From contig NC_017262.1 of the NCBI RefSeq assembly GCF_000175255.2, positions 1,710,001-1,742,000 on the forward strand: a stretch of DNA of 32,000 bases. Reading direction: 5' to 3'. Positions within the stretch are counted from its first letter, which is position 1. Every line of letters starts with the position of its first letter. A program made the position numbers and the translations under genes. Below are positions 1 through 9,543 of the stretch, one piece after another. The notes below the pieces were generated by a model. It saw nothing but the letters and a program-made list of their open reading frames with translations, did not search any database and had not been told where the DNA came from. Source of the DNA: Zymomonas mobilis subsp. mobilis ATCC 10988 (lineage in GTDB: Bacteria; Pseudomonadota; Alphaproteobacteria; Sphingomonadales; Sphingomonadaceae).

Positions 1-179
1 GGCCTGTTTTTCAAAAAAATGGATTTTTTACGGTAAAACAGCTATATTTTCGCTATAAGTACTTGACCTCCAAGCAATAACCCCCTAGGGAACCACTCCC
101 AGACGGGGAGTTAATCTTCTGTCTTTCAAAACAAGTCATTTTAGATATCCTCCGATATTTAAAATCATGACTTTAGGTT

Positions 180-255
180 GGGTCCGTAGCTCAGTTGGTA
201 GAGCAAGCGACTTTTAATCGAGAGGTCCCGGGTTCGAATCCCGGCGGACCCACCA
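180..255 (+). tRNA. tRNA-Lys (anticodon TTT)
   Basis: 76-nt cloverleaf GGGTCCG-TA-GCTC-AGTTGGTA-GAGC-A-AGCGA-CTTTTAA-TCGAG-AGGTC-CCGGG-TTCGAAT-CCCGG-CGGACCC-ACCA. Acceptor and T stems are perfect and CCA is encoded. Confidence 0.97.
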
Positions 256-276
256 CCTCTCTCTTCCTTACAATTT

Positions 277-305
277 AAAAAAAAGACCCTTGCTTCACGC
301 AAGAG
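277..305 (-). terminator. Rho-independent terminator downstream of mfd
   Basis: On the minus strand: CTCTTGC-GTGAA-GCAAGGG (7 bp with one G-U) followed by TCTTTTTTTT. Confidence 0.75.
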
Positions 306-335
306 CCTTCTCCTTATCCTAAAAATCTTTTCCCT

Positions 336-3300
336 TTATGACGCAATCGCTACTTTGGCCAAGCCACGGGAAAGCTGCATCAATCCATTCAGGCGGCTTT
401 TAGGGTCAGGCCAGTTGCGCTGAATAACCAGCTTCTGATCGGGTCTTAATTTGGCAGTGCCTTTTAATTTCTGAATATAGGCTAGCAATCCGGTGACATT
501 TGGGAAATTGTCATTATGGAAAGTAATCAGAGCACCCCGCGGCCCGACATCAAGGCGACCGATATGCGCTTGGCGGCAATTCATTTTTACTTCAATCACG
601 GCTAACAGATTTTTGGTCTCGCTGGGCAATGACCCAAAACGGTCGATCATTTCGGCTGCAAATGATTCGATCTCTTCGCGATTCTTGATCTGGTTCATCC
701 GGCGATACAAAGCCATTCTAAGACCCAGATCAGGCACATAGTCTTCAGGAATCAGAATAGGCGCATCAACCGTAATTTGGGGTGAAAATTCTTCATTTTC
801 TTTTTCATCAATCAATCCACCAGATTTGGCGACCAAAATCGCATCTTCCAACATTGATTGATACAATTCAAAACCGACTTCTTTAATATGGCCAGATTGC
901 TCATCCCCCAACAAATTACCCGCACCGCGAATATCAAGATCATGGCTGGCTAATTGGAAACCAGCCCCCAATGAATCCAAAGTTGAAAGGATATGCAGCC
1001 TTTTTTCGGCTGTTTCGCTGATAGAATGGTTAACCGGCGTTGTTAAATAAGCATAGGCGCGGGTCTTAGAGCGTCCAACGCGACCCCTGATCTGGTAAAG
1101 CTGTGACAGGCCAAAACGATCCGCCCGATAGACAATCATCGTATTGGCACTGGGGATGTCCAGACCGGATTCAACAATCGTTGTCGAAAGCAAAACATCA
1201 AATTTTTTGTCATAGAAAGCCGACATCCGGTTTTCGACTTCGGTAGCTGCCATTTGACCATGGGCAATAACAAACCGGATTTCCGGCACCTGTTCCGACA
1301 GGAATTTTTCGAGATCAGCAAGGTCGGAAATTCTTGGAACCACAATAAAGCTCTGGCCGCCGCGATAATGCTCCCGCAACAAGGCTTCACGGATCGCTAC
1401 AGGATCCCAAGGCATGACATAGCTTCTGACAGCCAAGCGGTCGACAGGCGGGGTTTGGATAACTGATAGCTCCCTAAGGCCTGACATCGCCATTTGCAGC
1501 GTCCTTGGGATAGGCGTTGCGGTCAAGGTAAGTTGATGAACATCATTTTTCAGGGCTTTCAGGCGCTCTTTATGGACAACGCCGAAATGCTGTTCTTCAT
1601 CAACAATAACCAAGCCCAGACGGTTGAAATCAATCGTTTTCGATAAAATAGCATGGGTGCCAATAACGATATCAATCGTTCCATCAGCCAAAGCTTCACG
1701 GCAGGCTTTGGCTTCTTTCGCAGGCACCAATCGAGAAAGACGACCAATTTGAAGCGGGAAGCCTTCAAATCTTTCGAGAAAATTGCTGTAATGCTGCCGC
1801 GCCAACAAGGTGGTCGGACAAACCAAGGCAACCTGTAACCCTGACATGGCGGCAACAAAGGCAGCTCGCAAGGCGACTTCTGTTTTACCGAAACCGACAT
1901 CACCACAGATCAGCCGATCCATCGGTTTCCCTTTGGCTAAATCCTCGATGACATCAGAAATGGCATGTTCCTGATCTTCGGTTTCCTGATAAGGAAAACG
2001 ATCAACAAAAACCGGATAGCTGGCCGGATCAGCCAATGCGACAGGGGCTTGTCTTAACGCCCTTTGGGCAGCAGTCGCCATCAACTGACCGGCAATAGCG
2101 CGAATGCGCTCTTTCATTTTGGATTTTCTGGCCTGCCATGCCACGCCGCCCAGCTTGTCTAAAACGGTGCTTTCACTGGCATTGCCATAGCGGCTCAGGG
2201 TGTCGATATTTTCAACCGGCACATAGAGCTTGTCACCGCCTTGATAGCTCAAGGCAACGCAGTCATGCGGCGCATTGCCGACTGGGATCGACACTAACCC
2301 GTCATAGCAACCAATACCGTGATCGCTATGCACCACCAAATCACCGATAGAGAGCGTTGCCAACTCCGCCATAAAGGCATCAGCCGATTTTCGCTTTTTC
2401 GCTCTTCTAACCAGCCTGTCGCCTAAAATATCCTGTTCGCTTAACAGGGCGACATCACCGGCAATAAAACCATGATCGAGCGGCAAGAGCATGACCGCCG
2501 CGCCGGTTACTTGAGATCGGCTGCTATCAGCAGCGGCCAAGGCTTCCTGCCAGCTATCGGCTGCCAGCGTTCTTTTTAAACCGTGATCCTGTAACAGGCC
2601 GGTCAATCTTTCTCGCGACCCTTTGGAATAGCAGGCAATAATAACCCGCTTATTCTGGTTGTTCAGTGCGCCAATATAGTCAACAACCGCTTCATAAATA
2701 TTGCTGCCTTGCTGTCTTTCGGGCGCGAAATCACGCGGCAGAGTTGATTCCAGATCAATAACATCAGGGGCAGGGGGTATATGAAAAGCCGTTATCTGAT
2801 GGGCTTTTGATATTTGAAGGCGCTCTTGCCAAGCTGCATCATCAAGATACAGTAAATCGGGTTTCAACGGACGATAGCTACCGGATTCCTGACTCTGGGG
2901 ATTTTTGCGGTGGCTATAGTAATCTTGAATAGCTTCAAAATGCTGTTCGGCTACTTTCAAGCAGGCTTGGTCATAGAAAACCGCATCTTCTTCGGCGAGA
3001 TGATCCCATAAGGTGACCAGCTTTTCTTCAAATAAAGGTAACCAATGTTCCATTCCTGCCAGCCGCCGTCCTTCTGATACCGCCTGATAAAGCGGATCAG
3101 TGGTTGCCGCCGCGCCAAAGATTTCGCGGTAATGGCTGCGGAAACGCTTGATATTCTCAGCATCCAGCAAGGCTTCTGAAGCGGGTAAAAGATTGAATTT
3201 GTCAATTTCGGCTATGCTGCGCTGCGTTGTTGGATCGAATTGCCGTAGCGTTTCTATCTCGTCACCAAAAAAATCGAGACGCAGGGCATAAGGTAAACCC

Positions 3301-3839
3301 GCTGGCCATAAATCGACCAAGCCACCACGGATAGCATAATCCCCCGACTGACTGACGGTTTCGCTTTGTTGATAGCCATGCGCTCGTAACAGCGTAACCA
3401 GTTTTTCCCGATCCAATCGAACACCGGCGGCCAAGGTCTGGCAAAGCTGTCGTAATCGGAAAGGCGTCAATAACCGCTGCAACGCGGCCTCTACCGTTGT
3501 AATTAGTAATTCCGGCGATTGCGGGCGCGTTTGAAGATGATGTAAAGTCGCTATTCTGGTCGCAGAAAGGGGCAGGGAAGGTGATGCCCGATCATAAGGC
3601 AGACAATCCCAAGCCGGAAAAGAGATAATTTTTAATTCCGGTGCAAAATACCCCGCCGCATCAGCCATGGCGTGCGCTGCCTGTTCATCAGAGGCTATAT
3701 AAACCAACCGACCCGCTTTACTTTTCGCCTGCAAGGCACGGGCAAGGTCAGACAGAATTAAAGGCTTGAAACCATTTTCCACGCCGGACAAGGTCAAGGG
3801 CTGTTCTGCTTTTAATATCTGCGCCGGATTTACAAACAT
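336..3839 (-). CDS. mfd: Transcription-repair coupling factor
   Basis: 1167-aa ORF with RecG-like helicase motifs (LICGDVGFGKTEVALRAAF, DEEQHFGV, TATPIPRTLQMAMSG, GRVGRS), a CarD-like RID region (GDLVVHSDHGIGCYDGL) and UvrB-like N-terminal motifs. Confidence 0.97.
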   Translation of the reverse strand: MFVNPAQILKAEQPLTLSGVENGFKPLILSDLARALQAKSKAGRLVYIASDEQAAHAMADAAGYFAPELKIISFPAWDCLPYDRASPSLPLSATRIATLHHLQTRPQSPELLITTVEAALQRLLTPFRLRQLCQTLAAGVRLDREKLVTLLRAHGYQQSETVSQSGDYAIRGGLVDLWPAGLPYALRLDFFGDEIETLRQFDPTTQRSIAEIDKFNLLPASEALLDAENIKRFRSHYREIFGAAATTDPLYQAVSEGRRLAGMEHWLPLFEEKLVTLWDHLAEEDAVFYDQACLKVAEQHFEAIQDYYSHRKNPQSQESGSYRPLKPDLLYLDDAAWQERLQISKAHQITAFHIPPAPDVIDLESTLPRDFAPERQQGSNIYEAVVDYIGALNNQNKRVIIACYSKGSRERLTGLLQDHGLKRTLAADSWQEALAAADSSRSQVTGAAVMLLPLDHGFIAGDVALLSEQDILGDRLVRRAKKRKSADAFMAELATLSIGDLVVHSDHGIGCYDGLVSIPVGNAPHDCVALSYQGGDKLYVPVENIDTLSRYGNASESTVLDKLGGVAWQARKSKMKERIRAIAGQLMATAAQRALRQAPVALADPASYPVFVDRFPYQETEDQEHAISDVIEDLAKGKPMDRLICGDVGFGKTEVALRAAFVAAMSGLQVALVCPTTLLARQHYSNFLERFEGFPLQIGRLSRLVPAKEAKACREALADGTIDIVIGTHAILSKTIDFNRLGLVIVDEEQHFGVVHKERLKALKNDVHQLTLTATPIPRTLQMAMSGLRELSVIQTPPVDRLAVRSYVMPWDPVAIREALLREHYRGGQSFIVVPRISDLADLEKFLSEQVPEIRFVIAHGQMAATEVENRMSAFYDKKFDVLLSTTIVESGLDIPSANTMIVYRADRFGLSQLYQIRGRVGRSKTRAYAYLTTPVNHSISETAEKRLHILSTLDSLGAGFQLASHDLDIRGAGNLLGDEQSGHIKEVGFELYQSMLEDAILVAKSGGLIDEKENEEFSPQITVDAPILIPEDYVPDLGLRMALYRRMNQIKNREEIESFAAEMIDRFGSLPSETKNLLAVIEVKMNCRQAHIGRLDVGPRGALITFHNDNFPNVTGLLAYIQKLKGTAKLRPDQKLVIQRNWPDPKSRLNGLMQLSRGLAKVAIAS

Positions 3840-4046
3840 TATCTTCCTTCAGAATTTGAGACGCTGCCTTGTCAGATGGTCTGCAATGCCGTCTCCTAAA
3901 AGTAAAGACAGCCTTGCGATAATATAACCGCCAGATAAATCCGGCTATCAAGATAAAAGCCAAGCTCGACCTTATTTACGGAGATTACCGGAAAAAATCG
4001 AAACGAAAGAGTTGAACTCTGCTTTTGACCGATTATGCCATAAGCT

Positions 4047-6125
4047 ATGCGCCCAGATATTCTTAATCCGCTGTTTGCCGAAACAGAATCCTTGAAAGGG
4101 GTTGGTTCGGCCTTACTCAAACCTTTAAAAAAGCGTCAGCTGACGCGCCTCAAGGATTTGCTTTTTTATCTGCCCAGTGGACAGATGCGGCGCGTTAAAT
4201 CAGATCAGGTCAATGCCAAAGACGTCGGTGCCACGGTTATTCTGACCCTGACAGCCAAGGAGTATCGCCATCCTTCCGGTCGCGGGCCTTTCCGTATTTT
4301 GGCCGAAGACCCCTTTGGTGGTCAGATTCAGCTTCTATGGTTTGGTAATCACAGCAGTTGGGCAAGAAAACTGATGCCCATCGGAGAAACCCGTTTAGTC
4401 TCTGGTAAGCTCGATATCTATCAAGAGCAATTACAAATTGTCCACCCTTCGGAAATCGTGCCGTTAAGCGAAGAAAACAGCATCCCGCTCGAAGAAACCC
4501 TTTATCCTCTATCGGATGGCCTGACGCATCGTCGTATTGGGCAGCTTATCCGGCAAGCATGGGAAAAATCACCGGATTTACCCGAATGGATTGAACCGAG
4601 CCTACTCAAAAAACATCAATGGCCTTCATGGCGAGAGGCAGTTGAAAGGATACATCAGCATCCCGATGATCGGGCGGCTAAATTAAGAATTGGCTATGAC
4701 GAAATTTTTGCCAATCAGTTGGCTTTAAAACTTATTCGTGCGGCTAACCGGCGGAAACGGGGCTTCCCGTTAAAGGGGGATGGTCATTTACGGGATGCGC
4801 TAAATTTACCTTTTCAGCCAACGGGCGCACAAAGACGTTCCCTTGCCGAAATCGAAGGCGATATGCAGCAAGCCTCTCCGATGCTGCGATTGTTACAAGG
4901 CGATGTCGGCTCGGGTAAAACATGGGTCGCTTTGCATAGCCTGCTGATTGCCGCCGAAGCGGGGTATCAGGGGGCATTACTTGCCCCAACAGAAATTCTT
5001 GCTCGTCAGCATTTTGAGACTTTAAGCCAACAGCTTGCCGGATTGCCGGTGAATATCGCCCTTTTGACTGGGCGAGATAAAGGCAAATTGCGAGAATCCA
5101 CCTTAATGGGATTGGCAGACGGCTCTATTCATCTTCTGGTTGGTACCCATGCCATTTTTCAGGAAAAGGTTAGCTACAAAAATCTGGGTCTCGCTATTAT
5201 TGATGAACAGCATCGTTTCGGGGTCGCCCAACGGATGATGCTGGCTGAAAAGGCCATTCATACCCCGCATTTATTGGTTATGACAGCAACGCCTATTCCA
5301 CGCAGCCTGATGCTGACGGCGCATGGTGAAATGGATGTTAGCCGCCTTGATGAAATGCCCCCTGGTCGTCAGCCGGTCGAAACAAGGGTGATTTCCAGCC
5401 GGAAAATTCCTGAAATAATCGCCTCTCTTGGCCGCCATATCGCCGAAGGGGGGCAATCCTATTGGGTTTGTCCGGCCGTCGGTGAAGCCGATATTGAAGA
5501 AGCGTTTTCTCCAAATGCAATCGCGGCGGCTGAACAACGCTTTTCTTTGCTTCAACAGCATTTCGGGAAAAAAGTCGGGCTAGTGCATGGCAAGATGAAA
5601 CCCGCTGAAAAAGACAAGGTTATGGATGACTTTGCTGCGGGTAAAATTGCGATTCTGGTCGCGACAACCGTGATTGAAGTCGGGGTTAATGTCCCCAATG
5701 CGACCTTGATGATTATCGATCAGGCCGAACGTTTCGGCTTGGCACAGCTCCATCAATTAAGGGGGCGCGTGGGGCGTGGCGGCGGTCGTTCAATTTGTCT
5801 GCTTTTACGGAGCGAAGAACTCACTTCGGTGGCAAGGGAACGTTTGGCTCTTATCCGTGAATGTAACGATGGTTTTCGGCTGGCCGAAGAAGATTTACGA
5901 TTGCGAGGCAGTGGTGAAATCTTGGGAACCAAGCAATCAGGTGAATCTCATTTCCAGATTGCTTCTCCTGAAGACCTCTCTGAATTGCTGCCAATAGCGA
6001 ATGATGATGCCCGATTATTGGTTGATCGTGACGGCGGATTGTCGGGTGAAAGGGGGCAGGCTGCGCGAATAGCCCTCTACCTTTTTGAACGCGATGCTGG
6101 TGTTAGTTTCCTGCGGTCGGGCTGA
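4047..6125 (+). CDS. recG: ATP-dependent DNA helicase RecG
   Basis: 692-aa ORF with LLQGDVGSGKTWVALHSLL, DEQHRFGVAQR, TATPIPRSLMLTAHGEMDVSRLDEMPPGRQ and QLHQLRGRVGRGG. Confidence 0.97.
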   Translation: MRPDILNPLFAETESLKGVGSALLKPLKKRQLTRLKDLLFYLPSGQMRRVKSDQVNAKDVGATVILTLTAKEYRHPSGRGPFRILAEDPFGGQIQLLWFGNHSSWARKLMPIGETRLVSGKLDIYQEQLQIVHPSEIVPLSEENSIPLEETLYPLSDGLTHRRIGQLIRQAWEKSPDLPEWIEPSLLKKHQWPSWREAVERIHQHPDDRAAKLRIGYDEIFANQLALKLIRAANRRKRGFPLKGDGHLRDALNLPFQPTGAQRRSLAEIEGDMQQASPMLRLLQGDVGSGKTWVALHSLLIAAEAGYQGALLAPTEILARQHFETLSQQLAGLPVNIALLTGRDKGKLRESTLMGLADGSIHLLVGTHAIFQEKVSYKNLGLAIIDEQHRFGVAQRMMLAEKAIHTPHLLVMTATPIPRSLMLTAHGEMDVSRLDEMPPGRQPVETRVISSRKIPEIIASLGRHIAEGGQSYWVCPAVGEADIEEAFSPNAIAAAEQRFSLLQQHFGKKVGLVHGKMKPAEKDKVMDDFAAGKIAILVATTVIEVGVNVPNATLMIIDQAERFGLAQLHQLRGRVGRGGGRSICLLLRSEELTSVARERLALIRECNDGFRLAEEDLRLRGSGEILGTKQSGESHFQIASPEDLSELLPIANDDARLLVDRDGGLSGERGQAARIALYLFERDAGVSFLRSG

Positions 6126-6135
6126 ATGAAAATCA

Positions 6136-6170
6136 GCGGGGAAATAGGCAAAACCTTACCCTTTCCCCGC
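6136..6170. terminator. Hairpin between convergent recG and tyrS ends
   Basis: Perfect 9-bp inverted repeat gcggggaaa...tttccccgc with a 17-nt loop, between two convergent genes. No strong T tract. Confidence 0.5.
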
Positions 6171-6184
6171 GTCATTACAGGCGA

Positions 6185-7414
6185 TTATCCGGCTTGAATA
6201 ACGCCATGCGCCTTTTTACCGGCAGAAATACGGATATTTTCGGCGGTAACCTCAATAACGGCTTTTTCATCCAAGGCTTTTTCGCCATTGATGCGCGCGC
6301 CACCACCGCGAATCATCCGGCGGGCTTCGGCTTTGGAAGCCACCAATCCCAAACCGACCAAAGCATCAACCAAGCTGATCGAAGAGTCTGAAACCTTCAT
6401 CACTGGTAGGGCGTCACCAGCGGCGCCTTCTTCAAAAGTTTTCTTGGCGGTTGCGGCGGCTTCTTCTGCGGCCTTTTCACCATGCGCCAATTTGGTCGCT
6501 TCATTGGCGAGGATTTTCTTGGCCTCGTTAATTTCGCTCCCTTCCAAGGCAGCCAATCTGGCAATTTCATCCAGTGGCAGATCGGTGAATAATTTCAAAA
6601 AGCGTTCAACATCGGCATCATGGGTGTTCCGCCAAAACTGCCAATAATCATAGGGCGAACACATATCGCCATTTAACCAGACAGCACCGCCGACGGTTTT
6701 ACCCATTTTGACCCCATCTGCCGTGGTCATCAGCGGGCTGGTCAATCCAAAGACTTCTTTCCCATCCATCCGTCTGGCAAGCTCGATACCATTGACGATA
6801 TTGCCCCATTGATCGGAACCACCAAGCTGCAAGCAAACGCCAAAACGGCGGGACAATTCGAGGAAATCATAAGCCTGCAAAATCATATAATTGAATTCGA
6901 GGAAACTTAAGGATTGTTCCCGATCGAGTCGTAATTTGACGGAATCAAAGCTCAACATCCGGTTGACCGAGAAATGCTGACCGACATCACGCAGGAAAGG
7001 AATATATTCCAACCGATCAAGCCATTCGGCATTATCGACCATTACCGCATCATTTTCGCCATCACCGAAATGAAGAAAATGCTCAAAAACACGCTTGATA
7101 GAGGCAATATTGGCCTTAATCGTGTCTTCATCCAGCAATTTACGGGCTTCATCCTTAAAAGAAGGATCGCCGATTTTTCCGGTGCCGCCGCCCATCAAAA
7201 CGATTGGTTTATGGCCAGCTTGTTGCAATCGCCGCAACATCATAATCTGCAAAAGACTACCGACATGCAAAGAGGCCGCCGTAGGATCAAAGCCGATATA
7301 GGCGGCAATGACAGATTGCGAAGCCTTCTCATCCAATGATTTTGCATCAGTAATCTGATGGATATACCCTCGCGTTTCCAGTAAACGCAGAAAATCAGAA
7401 CGAAATTGTGTCAT
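6185..7414 (-). CDS. tyrS: Tyrosyl-tRNA synthetase
   Basis: [14 protein letters not shown] (HIGH-like), [17 protein letters not shown] (KMSKS-like) and a C-terminal S4-like domain. The ORF extends to 7453, but [17 protein letters not shown] at 7414 is the more natural start. Confidence 0.96.
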   Translation of the reverse strand: MTQFRSDFLRLLETRGYIHQITDAKSLDEKASQSVIAAYIGFDPTAASLHVGSLLQIMMLRRLQQAGHKPIVLMGGGTGKIGDPSFKDEARKLLDEDTIKANIASIKRVFEHFLHFGDGENDAVMVDNAEWLDRLEYIPFLRDVGQHFSVNRMLSFDSVKLRLDREQSLSFLEFNYMILQAYDFLELSRRFGVCLQLGGSDQWGNIVNGIELARRMDGKEVFGLTSPLMTTADGVKMGKTVGGAVWLNGDMCSPYDYWQFWRNTHDADVERFLKLFTDLPLDEIARLAALEGSEINEAKKILANEATKLAHGEKAAEEAAATAKKTFEEGAAGDALPVMKVSDSSISLVDALVGLGLVASKAEARRMIRGGGARINGEKALDEKAVIEVTAENIRISAGKKAHGVIQAG

Positions 7415-7576
7415 AATGTGCCTATTAGGAATAATCGCTGTAAAAACAGACAAGCCTCGGGAAATGCAGATTGCTGTTTAGGGGATTTAAGGATTAAAGT
7501 CGAATAAACAGCTTCCTATGGTTTTCAGCTTGTGAAGAAAAGATCAAAGGGCTGGAAAATAGAAATCGGGGGAAAT

Positions 7577-8677
7577 TGGATGCTGGCAATCGGACTTATG
7601 TCCGGCACGTCTTTAGATGGTGTTGATGTCGCCTTGATTGAAACCAATGGCGAAAAACAAGTAAAGCCTTTGAATTTTGCTTCCTATCCTTATTCGGATA
7701 CGGATAAAGCCTGCCTGCGCGAAGCCTGTCGTCGCGCTTTGACGATGGCGGCACCTTGTTTCATCCCCGAAGATGAAGTGATTTATCAGGCCGAACATAT
7801 TGTAACGCTCCGTCATATTCAGGCAGTCAAAGATTTTTTGAAAAAGAATGCGTTAGGTAATCAGGCTATCAAAGTCATCGGCTTCCATGGTCAAACAATT
7901 GCTCATAGGCCGGATTTGGGCTGGACATGGCAAATCGGTGATGGCGCCGCTTTGGCACAGGCGACCAAAATCAGCGTAGTCGATGATTTCCGTTCTCATG
8001 ATGTCCAAGCAGGCGGCGAGGGCGCTCCTTTGCTCCCCATCTATCATTGGGCATTATTTAGCGAAGCCTCTCACCCTTTGGCGGTGCTTAATCTTGGCGG
8101 GATTGCGAATATTACTTGGATTGGGGCGGATGAAAACGACCTCATTGCTTGCGATACAGGCCCCGCTAACGGAATGATTGATGATTGGGTCAAGGCCAAA
8201 ACTGGCCTCGATTATGATGAATCCGGTCTTATTGCGAGCAAAGGCGTTGTCCATCACGATCTGGTCGATGCGATGATGAGCCAGAAATTCTTTTCGCAAT
8301 TACCACCGAAATCATTGGATAGAAGCGATTTTTCAATCGAGGCGGTCGCCAATCTCTCGATCGAGGATGGTGCTGCAACGCTGACCGCTTTTACTGCTGA
8401 ATCGGTTGCCCGATCGCTGTCTTTCTTTCCTGAAAGACCTTCAAAGATTATTGTGGCCGGTGGTGGTCGTCATAATGTGACGATGATGAAAATGCTGCAT
8501 GACAGTTTGAAAATGCCTGTCCAGCCAATTGAAGATTTCCATTTAAATGGTGATGCGACTGAGGCCGAAGGCTTTGCCTATCTCGCGGTCAGACGGGTAT
8601 TTAACAAGCCTATCAGCTTCCCTAAAACAACAGGGGTGCCGCATCCTATGACGGGTGGCCGTATCCATTATATCTGA
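7577..8677 (+). CDS. anmK: Anhydro-N-acetylmuramic acid kinase
   Basis: MLAIGLMSGTSLDGVDVALI, IGFHGQTIAHRP, NLGGIANITWI, CDTGPANGMIDDW. The ORF is open from 7532; the start at 7577 is preferred. Confidence 0.95.
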   Translation, partial: WMLAIGLMSGTSLDGVDVALIETNGEKQVKPLNFASYPYSDTDKACLREACRRALTMAAPCFIPEDEVIYQAEHIVTLRHIQAVKDFLKKNALGNQAIKVIGFHGQTIAHRPDLGWTWQIGDGAALAQATKISVVDDFRSHDVQAGGEGAPLLPIYHWALFSEASHPLAVLNLGGIANITWIGADENDLIACDTGPANGMIDDWVKAKTGLDYDESGLIASKGVVHHDLVDAMMSQKFFSQLPPKSLDRSDFSIEAVANLSIEDGAATLTAFTAESVARSLSFFPERPSKIIVAGGGRHNVTMMKMLHDSLKMPVQPIEDFHLNGDATEAEGFAYLAVRRVFNKPISFPKTTGVPHPMTGGRIHYI

Positions 8678-8710
8678 TATTTGAAGATTATTGCTGCCCC
8701 GATAATATCA

Positions 8711-8740
8711 ACTGTCCGGCGGCTGATGCCACCGGATAGT
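8711..8740. terminator. Strong hairpin between convergent anmK and the DUF4136-like lipoprotein gene
   Basis: actgtccggcggc-tgat-gccaccggatagt: 13-position stem with one mismatch and one G-U, 4-nt loop. Confidence 0.5.
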
Positions 8741-8750
8741 CTCTATTCGG

Positions 8751-9425
8751 TTATTTATGCTTCTTCTTGTCGTTAGTCAGTTTGACCTCAACATCCTCAC
8801 CGGAATGGCCGGGGAAATTGACAAACATTGCCTGAATTAAATCAGGAACCAACTGGGTCATGTTGTCGGTTGTAACCTGCGCTCTGGCACGGCCTTCAAA
8901 AACGCGCTGACCATCATTGCTGCGGTCAATCTCCATCTTAAAGAAGGTCGTATAAAGGGTGTAGCTATAGACGTCGGTGCCGCCACCCCAGCCACCGCCC
9001 CAACCGCCGTAGCCCCAGCCACCCCAGCCGCCGCCCCAGCCGCCATAGCCACCCCATCCACCCCAAGGGCCGCCCCAGCCGCCCCAAGGACCACCCCAGC
9101 CACCATAGCCATAAGAGGTGGAGGCTACTTTTTGCTGGCCGTTATCAATACCGTAATCCAGCTTGACGATCAGGGTGCTAGGCGCGCCGGGGGCTGCGGG
9201 TTGATAGCCTTGCTGCCATAATTGATGGGCGACAATATCGGCGTAATGCTCAAACTCCAATCCGCCTTTATCTTGGGGATTGGAGGCCTGAATAACAAAA
9301 CTCTGTCCGGCAGGGGGCGGCATCATCTGAAAGCGGGTTACATTCGCTCTGAAAGGCGATTCACAGGCAGATAAAGATAGAAAAGCCAAAGATGCGATGG
9401 CTATTTTTAATGTTATAGGACGCAT
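8751..9425 (-). CDS. DUF4136-like lipoprotein with internal Gly/Trp-rich tract
   Basis: N-terminal signal with lipobox LSLSAC; FEHYADIVAHQLWQQGYQ and YSYTLYTTFFKMEIDR...VFEGRARAQVT are consistent with DUF4136-like proteins. Confidence 0.8.
   Translation of the reverse strand: MRPITLKIAIASLAFLSLSACESPFRANVTRFQMMPPPAGQSFVIQASNPQDKGGLEFEHYADIVAHQLWQQGYQPAAPGAPSTLIVKLDYGIDNGQQKVASTSYGYGGWGGPWGGWGGPWGGWGGYGGWGGGWGGWGYGGWGGGWGGGTDVYSYTLYTTFFKMEIDRSNDGQRVFEGRARAQVTTDNMTQLVPDLIQAMFVNFPGHSGEDVEVKLTNDKKKHK
8979..9113 (-). repeat. In-frame Gly/Trp/Tyr/Pro tract
   Basis: Encodes YGYGGWGGPWGGWGGPWGGWGGYGGWGGGWGGWGYGGWGGGWGGG (aa 105-149); the DNA is an imperfect GGY-GGY-TGG-type tandem repeat. Confidence 0.9.
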
Positions 9426-9543
9426 GTCCGTATCCCTCTTCCCGTTAAAACCCTGCCGGAGCCACTTTATAGAAAAGTTATATATAACAAAATATGTTAT
9501 AATAAAATTTGTCTATCGAGAGTGAACCCAAGATGAATGTCTT

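Noticed and set aside
95-111. actccc-agacg-gggagt hairpin upstream of the tRNA as a terminator
   Set aside because: Only 6 bp and no T tract; kept out of the features.
493-741. Plus-strand 82-aa ORF inside mfd, and similar antisense ORFs listed across recG, tyrS, rpoD and dnaG
   Set aside because: Opposite or out-of-frame shadows of long well-supported genes; no independent homology or RBS support.
8979-9113. Tandem-like GC-rich repeat considered as a CRISPR or satellite array
   Set aside because: Units are short and imperfect, have no unique spacers, and are in frame within a protein as Gly/Trp codons.
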